Positions 26,601-34,875 of a stretch of DNA of 64,000 nucleotides are shown piece by piece. Both the position numbers and the translations under genes were made by a program. Within the stretch, counting starts at the first letter, position 1, and each line of letters starts with the position of its first letter. Origin of the DNA: Chrysomallon squamiferum (taxonomy: Eukaryota > Animalia > Mollusca); contig CM022679.1 in NCBI GenBank assembly GCA_012295275.1, positions 25,730,001 to 25,794,000 of the forward strand, read 5' to 3'. The notes under the pieces are model-generated. The model had not been told where the DNA came from and did not search any database. It worked only from the letters and a program-made list of their open reading frames with translations.

Positions 26601-27866
26601 ATTGTAGAGAAGAAGGAGGAAGACATATCTAAAGTTCTGACAAAGTTTGAGAAAGCAGTTACAAACCGTTACCTGTCTGATACTAACCCAATTGAAAGAC
26701 AGAAAAGTGATGATGGAGACAGCAAAACAAAAGAAAAGTAATTTAGTATTTTGTAGAATTTTGCTAGATTTAAAAAAAATATTGTTCAGTGCTCTGAGGC
26801 TTGCATTCAGTCAATTTCTTCCATCAAAATTCTTGATGTATGTGTTCTGCAATGTATGTAATGGCATAACTTGATGTGATAACTTGATAAATTTATAAAA
26901 CATGAGTTGCTGACCAGAAATAAAGCTTTTTGGAAGAGAACTATTTTTACTTAGATAAATTATTTGTTATATACTTACGTATAATGTTCAAAATTAGTAT
27001 ATAACAGCCAGTTTCAATCCTATAACACTATTTTGAAAATGGTTTTCATTTAATAAATAACAAATAAATTCCTATTTCAGTTAGTCTTGCATGGTTGATG
27101 TTTCAGACAGCTGTGGTCTAAGCTACCTTGCCAGTTTAACATTGTTTTCCCATATTGTCATATTCTTTTATTAAAAATGTGTTCAAGACTGCATTTATTT
27201 CACAGTGCCTGGACAACCTGTCACAAACTTTTTATCTTCCTTTTCTTTTTTGTTTCCTGTCAGTTTTGTCAAAATAATAATAAAATAAAAAAACTTGTGT
27301 ATGTCTATGTGTGTGTGTGTGTGTTTGTATTTATTTGTATTGCATTTTAAACTGAGTATCAGGAGAGACATCATTTCTAAAACTGTGTGTTTGTTTCTAT
27401 TTGTATTCTATTTCAGTTCAGTATCAGGAGATATAGCATGTCTCAGTGTGTGTGTGTGTATTTATATTTATTTGTATTCTATTTCAGTTCAGTATCAGGA
27501 GACATAGCATTTCTAAAACTGTGTGTTTGTTTGTATTTGTGTTCTATTTCAGTTCAGTATCAGGAGAGATAGTATTTCTGAGACAGTGTGTCTGTGTGTG
27601 TGTATTTATATTTATTTGTATTCTATTTCAGTTCAGTATCAGAAGATATAGCAAATCTGAAACAATGTGTGTATGATTTGTCAGAACAGTCTACTCAGCA
27701 GACTCAGAAAATCAGTGAACAGACTCAGAAAATCAGTGAGCAGACTCAGGAAATCAGTGAGCAGTCTCAGGAAATCAGTGAGCAGTCTCAGAAAATCAGT
27801 GAGCAGTCTCAGAAAATCAGTAAGATTATGCAGATGCTTGAAACGTTGATTAACGAGAAACAGTGA
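11656..27866 (+). CDS. TRPM: TRPM-family (TRPM2-like, enzyme-domain-less) cation channel gene, 24 coding exons, about 1210 aa
   Basis: Spliced translation gives PKLLISVTGGA, GAWIITGG, LDHHHSHFILVDNG, HLFIWAVLSNRKEMA, EEIRQ, WNRFD, GPKVIMI, PYFQMYGEL, NILLVNLLIAMF, WQFHR and LVPPF. All introns are GT-AG and exon phases sum to 3633 nt with no internal stop. The start exon is tentative. Confidence 0.95.
11763..11808. repeat. (GT)n microsatellite
   Basis: Seen directly. Confidence 0.95.
11876..11961 (+). CDS. TRPM: TRPM exon 2
   Basis: cccag|IKEDTAKFITSNFKQTECSKYAKMDKSK|gtaaag; resembles the TRPM N-terminal FKxxEC motif. Confidence 0.85.
12368..12542 (+). CDS. TRPM: TRPM exon 3
   Basis: DDCQCGRRIEWH...KWKPETHTKIVPCDSFGEINFEG; an alternative in-frame donor exists at 12536. 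Confidence 0.9.
12994..13192 (+). CDS. TRPM: TRPM exon 4 (SLOG/MHR1)
   Basis: YVRL...WNLPVPKLLISVTGGAK. Confidence 0.95.
13599..13762 (+). CDS. TRPM: TRPM exon 5
   Basis: GAWIITGGTGTGIMKMVGEAV...LGIATWGIV. Confidence 0.95.
14182..14359 (+). CDS. TRPM: TRPM exon 6
   Basis: LDHHHSHFILVDNGTENIYGGEIEFRAKLE. Confidence 0.95.
14863..15605 (+). mobile_element. Tigger/pogo non-autonomous DNA transposon in TRPM intron 6
   Basis: TIRs CAGTGATACCTCGACTTAC / GTAAGTGAAGGTACCACTG, TA on both sides; retains a CENP-B/TIGD1-type HTH N-terminus (MDPKK...MSIELKLEFLEKHE...ARQY..STSTICTILKQKE) but no DDD domain. Confidence 0.92.
15884..16049 (+). CDS. TRPM: TRPM exon 7
   Basis: VVTLVVGGGENT...IPVVVIEGTGGAADFI. 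Confidence 0.95.
16327..16471 (+). CDS. TRPM: TRPM exon 8
   Basis: Open frame between ttcaag| and |gtaaat; phases match neighbours. Confidence 0.85.
16822..16888 (+). CDS. TRPM: TRPM exon 9
   Basis: VTLLKLETEEAIKHAILRALIK (AILxAL motif). Confidence 0.9.
18023..18129 (+). CDS. TRPM: TRPM exon 10
   Basis: QLKWAIEWNCCDIAKNEIF (WNxxDIAxxEIF motif). Confidence 0.92.
18607..18753 (+). CDS. TRPM: TRPM exon 11
   Basis: MMTALVENKVDFVKLFID...FLTIKNLHSLY. Confidence 0.92.
19095..19145 (+). CDS. TRPM: TRPM exon 12
   Basis: cccag|LYKQKSELFNLLIDNIR|gtaaat, phase 0-0. Confidence 0.75.
19165..19535 (+). repeat. Diverged intronic tandem duplication, about 190-200 bp
   Basis: GAGAATGTA...TTTTCTAACAACCTTTTT...TGCTTTTATTTTGTGCATTATG occurs twice. 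Confidence 0.75.
19651..19780 (+). CDS. TRPM: TRPM exon 13
   Basis: ...DLLIHVGKLIELLL...; CAGCAG tandem acceptor. Confidence 0.85.
20037..20186 (+). CDS. TRPM: TRPM exon 14
   Basis: PEQHLFIWAVLSNRKEMAALFWQLGKDQL. Confidence 0.95.
20592..20691 (+). CDS. TRPM: TRPM exon 15
   Basis: GSAMIAFVLLKSLSKQAE. Confidence 0.92.
21376..21601 (+). CDS. TRPM: TRPM exon 16
   Basis: FERLSKDLLSECY...WGNLTLFKIA...LNSIWKGQM. Confidence 0.95.
21947..22195 (+). CDS. TRPM: TRPM exon 17 (pre-S1)
   Basis: IFLCILLPIFLPLIKF...FCTAPVTKFFFNV. Confidence 0.93.
22529..22672 (+). CDS. TRPM: TRPM exon 18 (S1-S2)
   Basis: LSYIVLLGIFSYFVLVDL...WIFTMIVEEIRQ. Confidence 0.95.
22830..23260 (+). repeat. Degenerate tandem copies of the exon 19 acceptor region
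   Basis: Recurrent TTTTTCTAGA ... TCAAATACAAGA units matching 23210-23258. Confidence 0.65.
23220..23474 (+). CDS. TRPM: TRPM exon 19 (S3-S4)
   Basis: DTWNRFD...FYLRSLQFF...GPKVIMIREM. Confidence 0.95.
23629..23680. repeat. (ATT)n microsatellite
   Basis: Seen directly. Confidence 0.95.
23913..24087 (+). CDS. TRPM: TRPM exon 20 (S5, pore helix, filter)
   Basis: LTDLFHFL...SFGIAYH...PYFQMYGELSLD. Confidence 0.95.
24410..25245 (+). repeat. Tandem repeats derived from the exon 21 acceptor region, including a 327-bp near-exact duplication
   Basis: TTATTCAGTTGAAGAAATATCTAGCTGTACATCTAACC at 24533 and 24860, and TTATTCATGTAAAGAAATACCAGG at about 24433 and 24760, resemble the true TTATTCAGGTGAAGAAACACCAGACTGTACACATAACC. 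Confidence 0.88.
25206..25362 (+). CDS. TRPM: TRPM exon 21 (outer pore loop, S6)
   Basis: PDCTHN...LRCPE...YLLLTNILLVNLLIAMF. Confidence 0.95.
25835..26001 (+). CDS. TRPM: TRPM exon 22 (TRP helix)
   Basis: HTFKRIQDKSKKVWQFHRLALITEY...LVPPFI. Confidence 0.95.
26608..26737 (+). CDS. TRPM: TRPM exon 23 (rib helix)
   Basis: KVLTKFEKAVTNRYL; phases match neighbours. Confidence 0.88.
27300..27670 (+). repeat. Minisatellite (65-79 bp units) of the exon 24 acceptor
   Basis: TTTCAG|TTCAGTATCAG with exon-like starts at 27417, 27488, 27553 and 27632, plus a degenerate copy near 27350. Confidence 0.92.
27632..27866 (+). CDS. TRPM: TRPM exon 24 (C-terminal coiled coil, stop TGA)
   Basis: SVSEDIANLKQCVYDLSEQ, then six QTQKISE-type heptads, then IMQMLETLINEKQ*. 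Confidence 0.85.
27699..27824 (+). repeat. Coding 21-bp tandem repeat, 6 copies
   Basis: CAG(A/T)CTCAG(A/G)AAATCAGTGAG-type unit repeated six times. Confidence 0.97.
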
Positions 27867-30755
27867 ACACCAACAAGAGAACAGCATCAGTGTATCAATG
27901 ATGCCACCTGGGAAGATGAAAATGGTTAACATATTTTACAAAGTGTGTTGATGTTGTCATGGAAACACTATTTTTTCACAAGGTGTGTCAGTGATGTTGT
28001 AAACAGATGACAATTTTGAAGTATACCTGTGATTTTGAAGTATATGATCAAGCGGTTTCTTCAAACATTTTTTAAAAAGTATTTAAAAAAAGATATGAAT
28101 GAATTTTAAAAAAAGATGTTATCTTTTTTGTTTACAAATGACATAATAATAATATGCCTCTTAAAACCTAACTCTCAAGCAGTAAAATGTATTATATGGG
28201 ATATTTATTTGTAACAAGATATGTGTATATTTAATAGTAAGACATGAATATATACATAAATATATATTTTACAACCAACTATTTTTGTAGAATTTTTATA
28301 TGAAACCTTTTTAAAATAAATATTAATAATTTTATGCAGATTAGTTACCAATGTCAATTTTTATTTTTTGTATTTAATTTTATTTGAATCATTCTAACAC
28401 TGCTACTTGTATTGCATACAACAAGCAAAATATATTCACTGTATTTTCTTTTGTGTTGTACATAATATAAAATGTCTGAGATCTACAAAGATATATAAGT
28501 ATTTAGAAAATGTTTATTTTAAAAAAATAACACAATGAAGGAAAATTTGGTTATTTTGATTTATAAATAAATAAAACTATTAGGTTCACCAATATGAAGT
28601 TTTGGAGATCCAATTTAATTAAAGATGATGATTATTATTCAAAAAACAATTAAAATTTTTAGTTTATATTTTCCTCTTCAAAATTTAGCTCTCATGCAAT
28701 GATAAATGTATTTTAATTGTGCAAGACAAGTAGGTGTGTATGTGTGTGGATTGTAACAATTGCTGTAATACTTGAATTTTATCTTTAATCCGTCCTCTAA
28801 AGATATTTTTTACCATATATTTTAGCATTTACAAAGTAAATGGACAACTAATGATATTATATTTTTTGTTGTTTTAATTGAAGTATTTTGTAAAATTTTA
28901 ATATGAAGTCTTTTTAAATAAAAATATATTTTAAAAAACAATTTTTGAAATAATATTATTTCATTCTCTATTTAACTGGGTTTTTTTTTATCACAATAGA
29001 GTTGAATCTAAATAAATAATTAATTGCTTTGAAATGATGTAAAAATTTAGTGTAAATATTCTGAGACTTTAAATAAAAACTGAAAAACAAATTTAACATT
29101 AACTTCACAATTTATTTTCCTCAGCACTGTGTATGAACACATTTAACATACAAAATAATTCAGACAAATTCTAGAAACGTTTTATTAATTGTGGTAAATT
29201 CAGAACATAAAACACTATATTGGTATCTAAATGTATCAAGAAATTTTGACTTTCTATTTCTTTATTATATATTTTTTATTAATTTTAATTTTATTTGTAT
29301 TGTACACCAAAACTGATCCACATTTTAAAATGATCTCGGTTTTAACAGAGTCAGAGGAAACAAATCTCATTATGTAACTAACAAACATGTTCTGTCCATA
29401 ACAAACTCCTACACTCTGGTTATAATTTAACAGATACAAATCATGAGCTGAACCATGCTTTAATTTCTTAAATATAAATCTGTTGATGGTTTAAAGTGGC
29501 TAGTGTTGTTTTATTTTTCAAAGAAGAAATTATGAATCATTTCTTTTTCTAGATAAATTAAATTGTTTGTTATGGACATGAATAAAGTTAAAGAATGTGA
29601 TATTTTATATATATATATATATATTATTATTATGTTGATGATTAGTCTGGGTTTTTTATTATTAAAATAAATAATATAAATTTTCATAAACTTTTTTTGT
29701 TTTTATTTTATCAGTTAATAGTTTAATTTTTTTTTTTTTTTTTATGGAGAAACTGTGATCAAGTTCTTTCATTTATGCATCATAAACACTGAATATCTCA
29801 TATCAAACAATATACATGTAAAATATATGAAAATGAAAAGCTGATGAGTTCTAGAGCTGTACAGTATTTTTAAGCATGTTGCTAACACTTCTTAATTTTC
29901 AATCAATTAATTAACTAATTATCTCAAATGTACCTTATGCCTTAGTTATGTGTTTCTCAAAAACTCAACAGAAATTTGACCAGCATACAAAAACATCATT
30001 TTATCTCTAGTAATCTGTAGAGGCCTTTACTATTTCAAGCATTTTACTAACATTCATTTTTTTTTTTCACTTAATTAATAACATTAATTAGCATTAATCT
30101 GCCTTATGATTTCATTAAATAGATAAAAAGAAAAAATAATAAATTCATGAACACTTGCTTATTATAATCAACACATTCATAATCAACACCTTTAACAGAA
30201 AGAAAATATTATCTAAAACTGAAATATTATGCCACAAAATTACTAAATCAAATAAAACTTTTCAGACATCAGCAACAGCAGAAATCACTATCATTTGCAG
30301 AGAACTGACCACATTTTTGGTACCCATAATTAAGTAACTAGTATCCAAAACATTTGTATGAAATCTGGCAAAAAAAGTGAGAAATGCATAATTTGTAACA
30401 TATATGATTTAAAGTCCAGAGAAAACTCAGCTTAGTCACACAAGGATCATTTTGAAGGGATAAATTTGTCTGCTGATTCTCCATTGTATATCAAAGATCA
30501 TGAATATGATGATGAAGCTGAATACGTGTACTATGATATTTGTTGTTTTTCAAAATATATAAAAATAATGATGAAAGAGAAATGCAAATGAGCAAATCCT
30601 CTTTAAGGTAAGCACAAATATGTCACAAAAATGAAATAATAATAATACAGCAAATCATTCTTTTATAAGATAAAATACAGCTGCAAAAGTGTGGCCAAAA
30701 TCATAATTTGCAGGGTTGTATGAAAACCCATCTTTGTACTGAATTAGGTGTCACA

Positions 30756-31160
30756 ATGGCAGACCCACCAGGTAAAAAGCCCAAACATAAAAAGAAATGC
30801 CAGTGTAAATGACAAAAAGTGTGCAAGGCCGTTTAAAAATGAAGTGTACAGTGATGGAGGTGTGCTTTTTTAAAATTTATTTTGCCAGCACAGTATAGTC
30901 TTTAAATGAGCTGATATGGTGAAAAGTAAAAGTGAAAATACATGTTGACAAAAAAAATAAACATCTGAAACTCCAAAAGACAGATACTGATAGTATACGT
31001 CACATTGCATCCATGGGGCCTTCTACGAGTTGCTACAAGCAAATGACAACCAGACCAGAATAATTTTGAATAAATAATCATTTTCTCCTGTGTTGTGTAT
31101 TTTATATATTCATTTTTTAATTATATAATTTATTCCTGGAATGGAAAATCACTGGGTCTA
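30756..31160 (+). mobile_element. Degenerate hAT-like element remnant with CGGBP1-type zinc finger
   Basis: Broken frame FKNEVYSDGGVLF*..FCQHSI.FK*AD.VK..KSEIH resembles the CGGBP1-family finger (DGGKLFCxxC...HLKSxxH); possible right terminus ...ATCACTGGGTCTA; left terminus not found. Confidence 0.6.
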
Positions 31161-31491
31161 AGTCAAAAAATGACAAACTGATTACTTCATAATTAGACAT
31201 TTCACAGTGAATCTCAAATGGCTTTCCTGCTGCATATTATTGTGTATATTTTAAATTTTAGTTTGATAGTTGAGAAATATGACAATATTTGTGCAAATGT
31301 TAAATCAAAAGACAACTACTGATGGCTCAGATAGTTATCTACTTCCCAAGTGAGGCATTTACTACATTAATAACATTTTAATATAATAACAAAATTAAAA
31401 ATTATAACAAAAAAAATTAAAATAAATAAATAAATAAATGTAAAACAAAGTAAGAAAATAAATTGTTTAAATACACTTTAGTACTGCAAAC

Positions 31492-31689
31492 CTGAATGAA
31501 AAACAGTCTTGGTTTTCCTGTCAGTTGAGGACATTTGAAATCTGAACAATTTGAGTACATCTCTCGTCAACACTGATACCCCATCTACACCAAAAACCAT
31601 GTCCTGTCTTACCCTGGTGTCATAACCTCTGTGTGACAGTATAGCACAAGCAAAACAGTCTGCTGTCACATGATCAAACTCTTGGGCAG
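31492..31689 (-). pseudogene. Caspase p20 exon B (catalytic His region; 2-nt frameshift)
   Basis: AAQEFDHVTADCFACAILSHRG...; GKPRLFFIQ follows in a different frame, then a GT donor. Confidence 0.88.
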
Positions 31690-32381
31690 CTGCAACATCA
31701 ACAATGTTCAAATCCTTCACATTATACCATCTAGAAACAAAATATTGTTATACATACATATGTAAAATTTTATTAGCAGGTAACATTGGACAATAAAAAT
31801 TAAATACATTGATAGCATTAACTAAAATTAAAATTTTTGCCTGCTTGTAAAATAACAGATATTGAAAGACTTTTATAAGGCTTTGTATATATATATATAT
31901 ATATTTAGACATTTCACATGACTGATTATATGTAATAAATGTTGTTTCATAATTAAAATTATTTGTCATATTCTCATCTTCAAATGCAAAAGTAAAAAAA
32001 CATAAAAAGTCAACAGCCATAATAATAAATTTGTCTATTAGCAACAAGCAATCTTTAAATGCACCATCTCACAGACCGGGTAGTACATGGCCTGATTTAT
32101 ATCAAATGTAGCTGAAAAGGACAATTTTAAGCTGTTATTTATTTATTTATTTATTTTAGTGGGGATTTTTGTTGGTTTTGTTTTTCTTTTCACATGTATT
32201 TTTTATCTGTTTCATTTCTTCTTTTTTCAACATAAATATTTTACTGAATATATTATGTATTTAGGAGTGTGTGTGTATATGTGTGTGTCCTTAAATGTAA
32301 AAGTATCGCAAAAAATTAAAAAGCCATCTATGTCACTGAATGTTATTACATATTATAATTAAACATATATTGTTCACATAC

Positions 32382-32647
32382 CTTTTTTAAGTTTGGTCAT
32401 CATTTTTTCAGTATTTAAATTATTGTATAGTTTCACAGTTAATCTAAGAAGTCTGAACATTTTTTTAAGAGCGCTGGCATCTTTTCTGAACCCAGGCCTA
32501 TTACTCAAATCAGGTTTTTTCTTAAACTTCTCATTGTTAATAATCACAGCCAATTCTTGATTTTTATTAGTGAATTTATACCAGTCAGATTTATAATAAT
32601 CCTCAACTGAAGGCAACTCAAAACAGCCTTTTCTTTCTTTTGGTTTC
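32382..32647 (-). pseudogene. Caspase p20 exon A
   Basis: cag|KPKERKGCFELPSVEDYYKSDWYKFTNKNQELAVIINNEKF...LYNNLNTEKM|gtatgt. Confidence 0.88.
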
Positions 32648-33327
32648 CTGTGGTAAAAATATATACATATATATGCTGAAAAATCATAATTATGTACTCA
32701 AGAAAATAGCTGGAAATTAAAATTTTAATGAATAATTTGATATTATCAGTAACAATATTTGTAAAATTTTATTGAAACTATTATTATTATTATTATTTAT
32801 AATTATTGGGGTTTTTTGTTTTTCAACTGTAAATAGTAGAACTGTTCAAAATCCTAAAAAGCAAAAAGATTTAAGTACTTGGATAAAAACTGCCTCCCTT
32901 TCGTTCACAATTTCGTGTGTATTTTATAGTGTGTATGTGTGTGTGTGTGTGTTTTATAAAACTTAAGTTTTTGAAAAAAACAAAAAAAAAACACAGGTAA
33001 AACTGAATAATTAGAGTGACCTACTAACACGTGTAATACTACAATTTTTTTATCTTTCATTTGCTCACCAAATGTTTAAATAAATATTATATTAAATATG
33101 TGTCAAACACTCAGCACTGTATTAACTTGTTTAAAAAAATAAATAAATAAGTAAAGAAGAAGAAACAAAAATATAATGAATAAAGGGATATAATTACTGT
33201 AAGATATTCCTGAAAGTTTTCTTAATTCTATTATTTGACATTATTTTTATAAATTAATTATCTCTGTGTGTGTGTGTGTCTCTCTCTCTCTCTCTTTCTC
33301 TCACATATATATGTATATATATATATG

Positions 33328-33330
<3 letters not shown>

Positions 33331-33382
<52 letters not shown>
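33331..33382. repeat. (AG)n microsatellite
   Basis: Seen directly. Confidence 0.95.
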
Positions 33383-33386
<4 letters not shown>

Positions 33387-33413
33387 TTATTAATTAATTT
33401 ATAAAAATGTATA

Positions 33414-33747
33414 TAGGTTGACATTAAAAAATCTGGCCATCAAAAATCCAGTTCCTTTCCTTTCAGATTTCTGGCATGGATTTCTAAGCACATTTTCAAA
33501 TTTACCATGTTGGCACACTGTAGGTGCCATTTATAATTTGATGGCACTGTGCTCCAGAAGCGGCTGTTGGGTCATGTTGGCACCTGCTAACAGGTGTTCC
33601 TTCTCATTTTATCATTTATTTGCTGCTGTATACAGGTAATTTTCAGTTAACTATATACAGCATATATAACCATAAAAATTCCAACATTTTTGAAAATCTG
33701 GCACTCCTCAGGTCTGGAGGTTGCCAAATTTTTTTAATGTCTTCCTG
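33414..33747. mobile_element. Degenerate Tigger-like MITE in caspase intron
   Basis: Imperfect TIRs TAGGTTGACATTAAAAAATCTGGC / GCCAAATTTTTTTAATGTCTTCCTG. Confidence 0.6.
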
Positions 33748-34111
33748 AATATACATATATATATATATATATAGATAATGAGGGAGGTATAGAGATAGAC
33801 AGATAGATTCATAGAGAAATAAAAATACAAGAAGAAAATAAAGTTGAAATTTAAATATAAAAAAGAGAATGTAAAATATTACTAGTCTCAGTATCCATTC
33901 CAGGAGTACCCTGATCCTCATCAGATGTTTCATCTTTTTCATCACTCTTTCGTTCTTCATCTGTCCCAACAGATTTTCATCAGAATGGGATAATGACTCC
34001 ATTTTATCTAAAAAAAATAAAAACAAAATATAAAATAAACATTTTTATTCAATCATTTTTATCTAAAAGAAACAATAAAGAAGTGTATTCAGTCCTTTAG
34101 TCTAAAACCAA

Positions 34112-34875
34112 TGAACTGATGAAAATATGGTGTAATGCAGTGTAGATCCTGTAAACAACACACGGACATTGTACTGGACTGATGAAAATACGGTGTAATG
34201 CAGTGTAGATCCTGTATACAACACACAGACATTGTACTGGACTGATGAAAATACGGTGTAATACAGTGTAGATCCTGTATACAACACACAGACATTGTAC
34301 TGGACTGATGAAAATAAAAAAAAAATGCAGTGTAGATCCTGTATACAACAAATTGTACTGGACTGATGAAAATTTGTAGATCCTGTATACAACACACAGA
34401 CATTGTAATGAACTGATGAAAATACGGTGTAATGCAGTGTAGATCCTGTATACAACACACAGACATTGTACTGGACTGATGAAAATACGGTGTAATACAG
34501 TGTAGATCCTGTATACAACACACAGACATTGTACTGGACTGATGAAAATACGGTGTAATGCAGTGTAGATCCTGTATACAACACATTGTACTGAACTGAT
34601 GAAAATATGGTGTAATACAGTGTAGATCCTGTATACAACACACTGACATTGTACTGGACTGATGAAAATACGGTGTAATGCAGTGTAGATCCTGTATACA
34701 ACACATTGTACTGAACTGATGAAAATATGGTGTAATACAGAGTAGATCCTGTATACAACACACAGCCATTGTACTGGACTGATGACAATATGATATAATC
34801 AACTGTAGATTCTGTATACAATACACAGCCAAGACAGAAAATATAATACAAAACTGTGTAGATTTTGTATACAAT
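34112..34875. repeat. Minisatellite, 63-bp unit with 57-bp variants, about 12 copies
   Basis: GACTGATGAAAATACGGTGTAATGCAGTGTAGATCCTGTATACAACACACAGACATTGTACTG repeated in tandem. Confidence 0.97.

Larger units (their letters stand above)
31492..34007 (-). pseudogene. Effector-type (caspase-3/7-like) caspase gene fragment, 3 recognisable exons
   Basis: Exons 33883-34007 (acidic prodomain), 32382-32647 (AVIINNEKF...RPG...DA) and 31492-31689 (DCFACAILSHR...GVDG...CPQLTGKPRLFFIQ); two frameshifts, SHG>SHR, and no ACRG or p10 exon found downstream. Confidence 0.85.

Noticed and set aside
28300-29100. Polyadenylation signal for TRPM
   Set aside because: AATAAA is too frequent in this AT-rich sequence to choose one.
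31000-31045. GCTTGTAGC on the minus strand as the missing caspase ACRG exon
   Set aside because: It reads ACSNS*, has no AG acceptor and lies inside the hAT-like remnant.
34089-34874. 261-aa and 249-aa ORFs as a Cys-rich protein gene
   Set aside because: They arise from a stop-free 63-bp minisatellite; several frames are open and the repeat frame switches mid-array.
34112-34875. CRISPR-like array
   Set aside because: Units are contiguous with no unique spacers, the context is eukaryotic and there are no cas genes.
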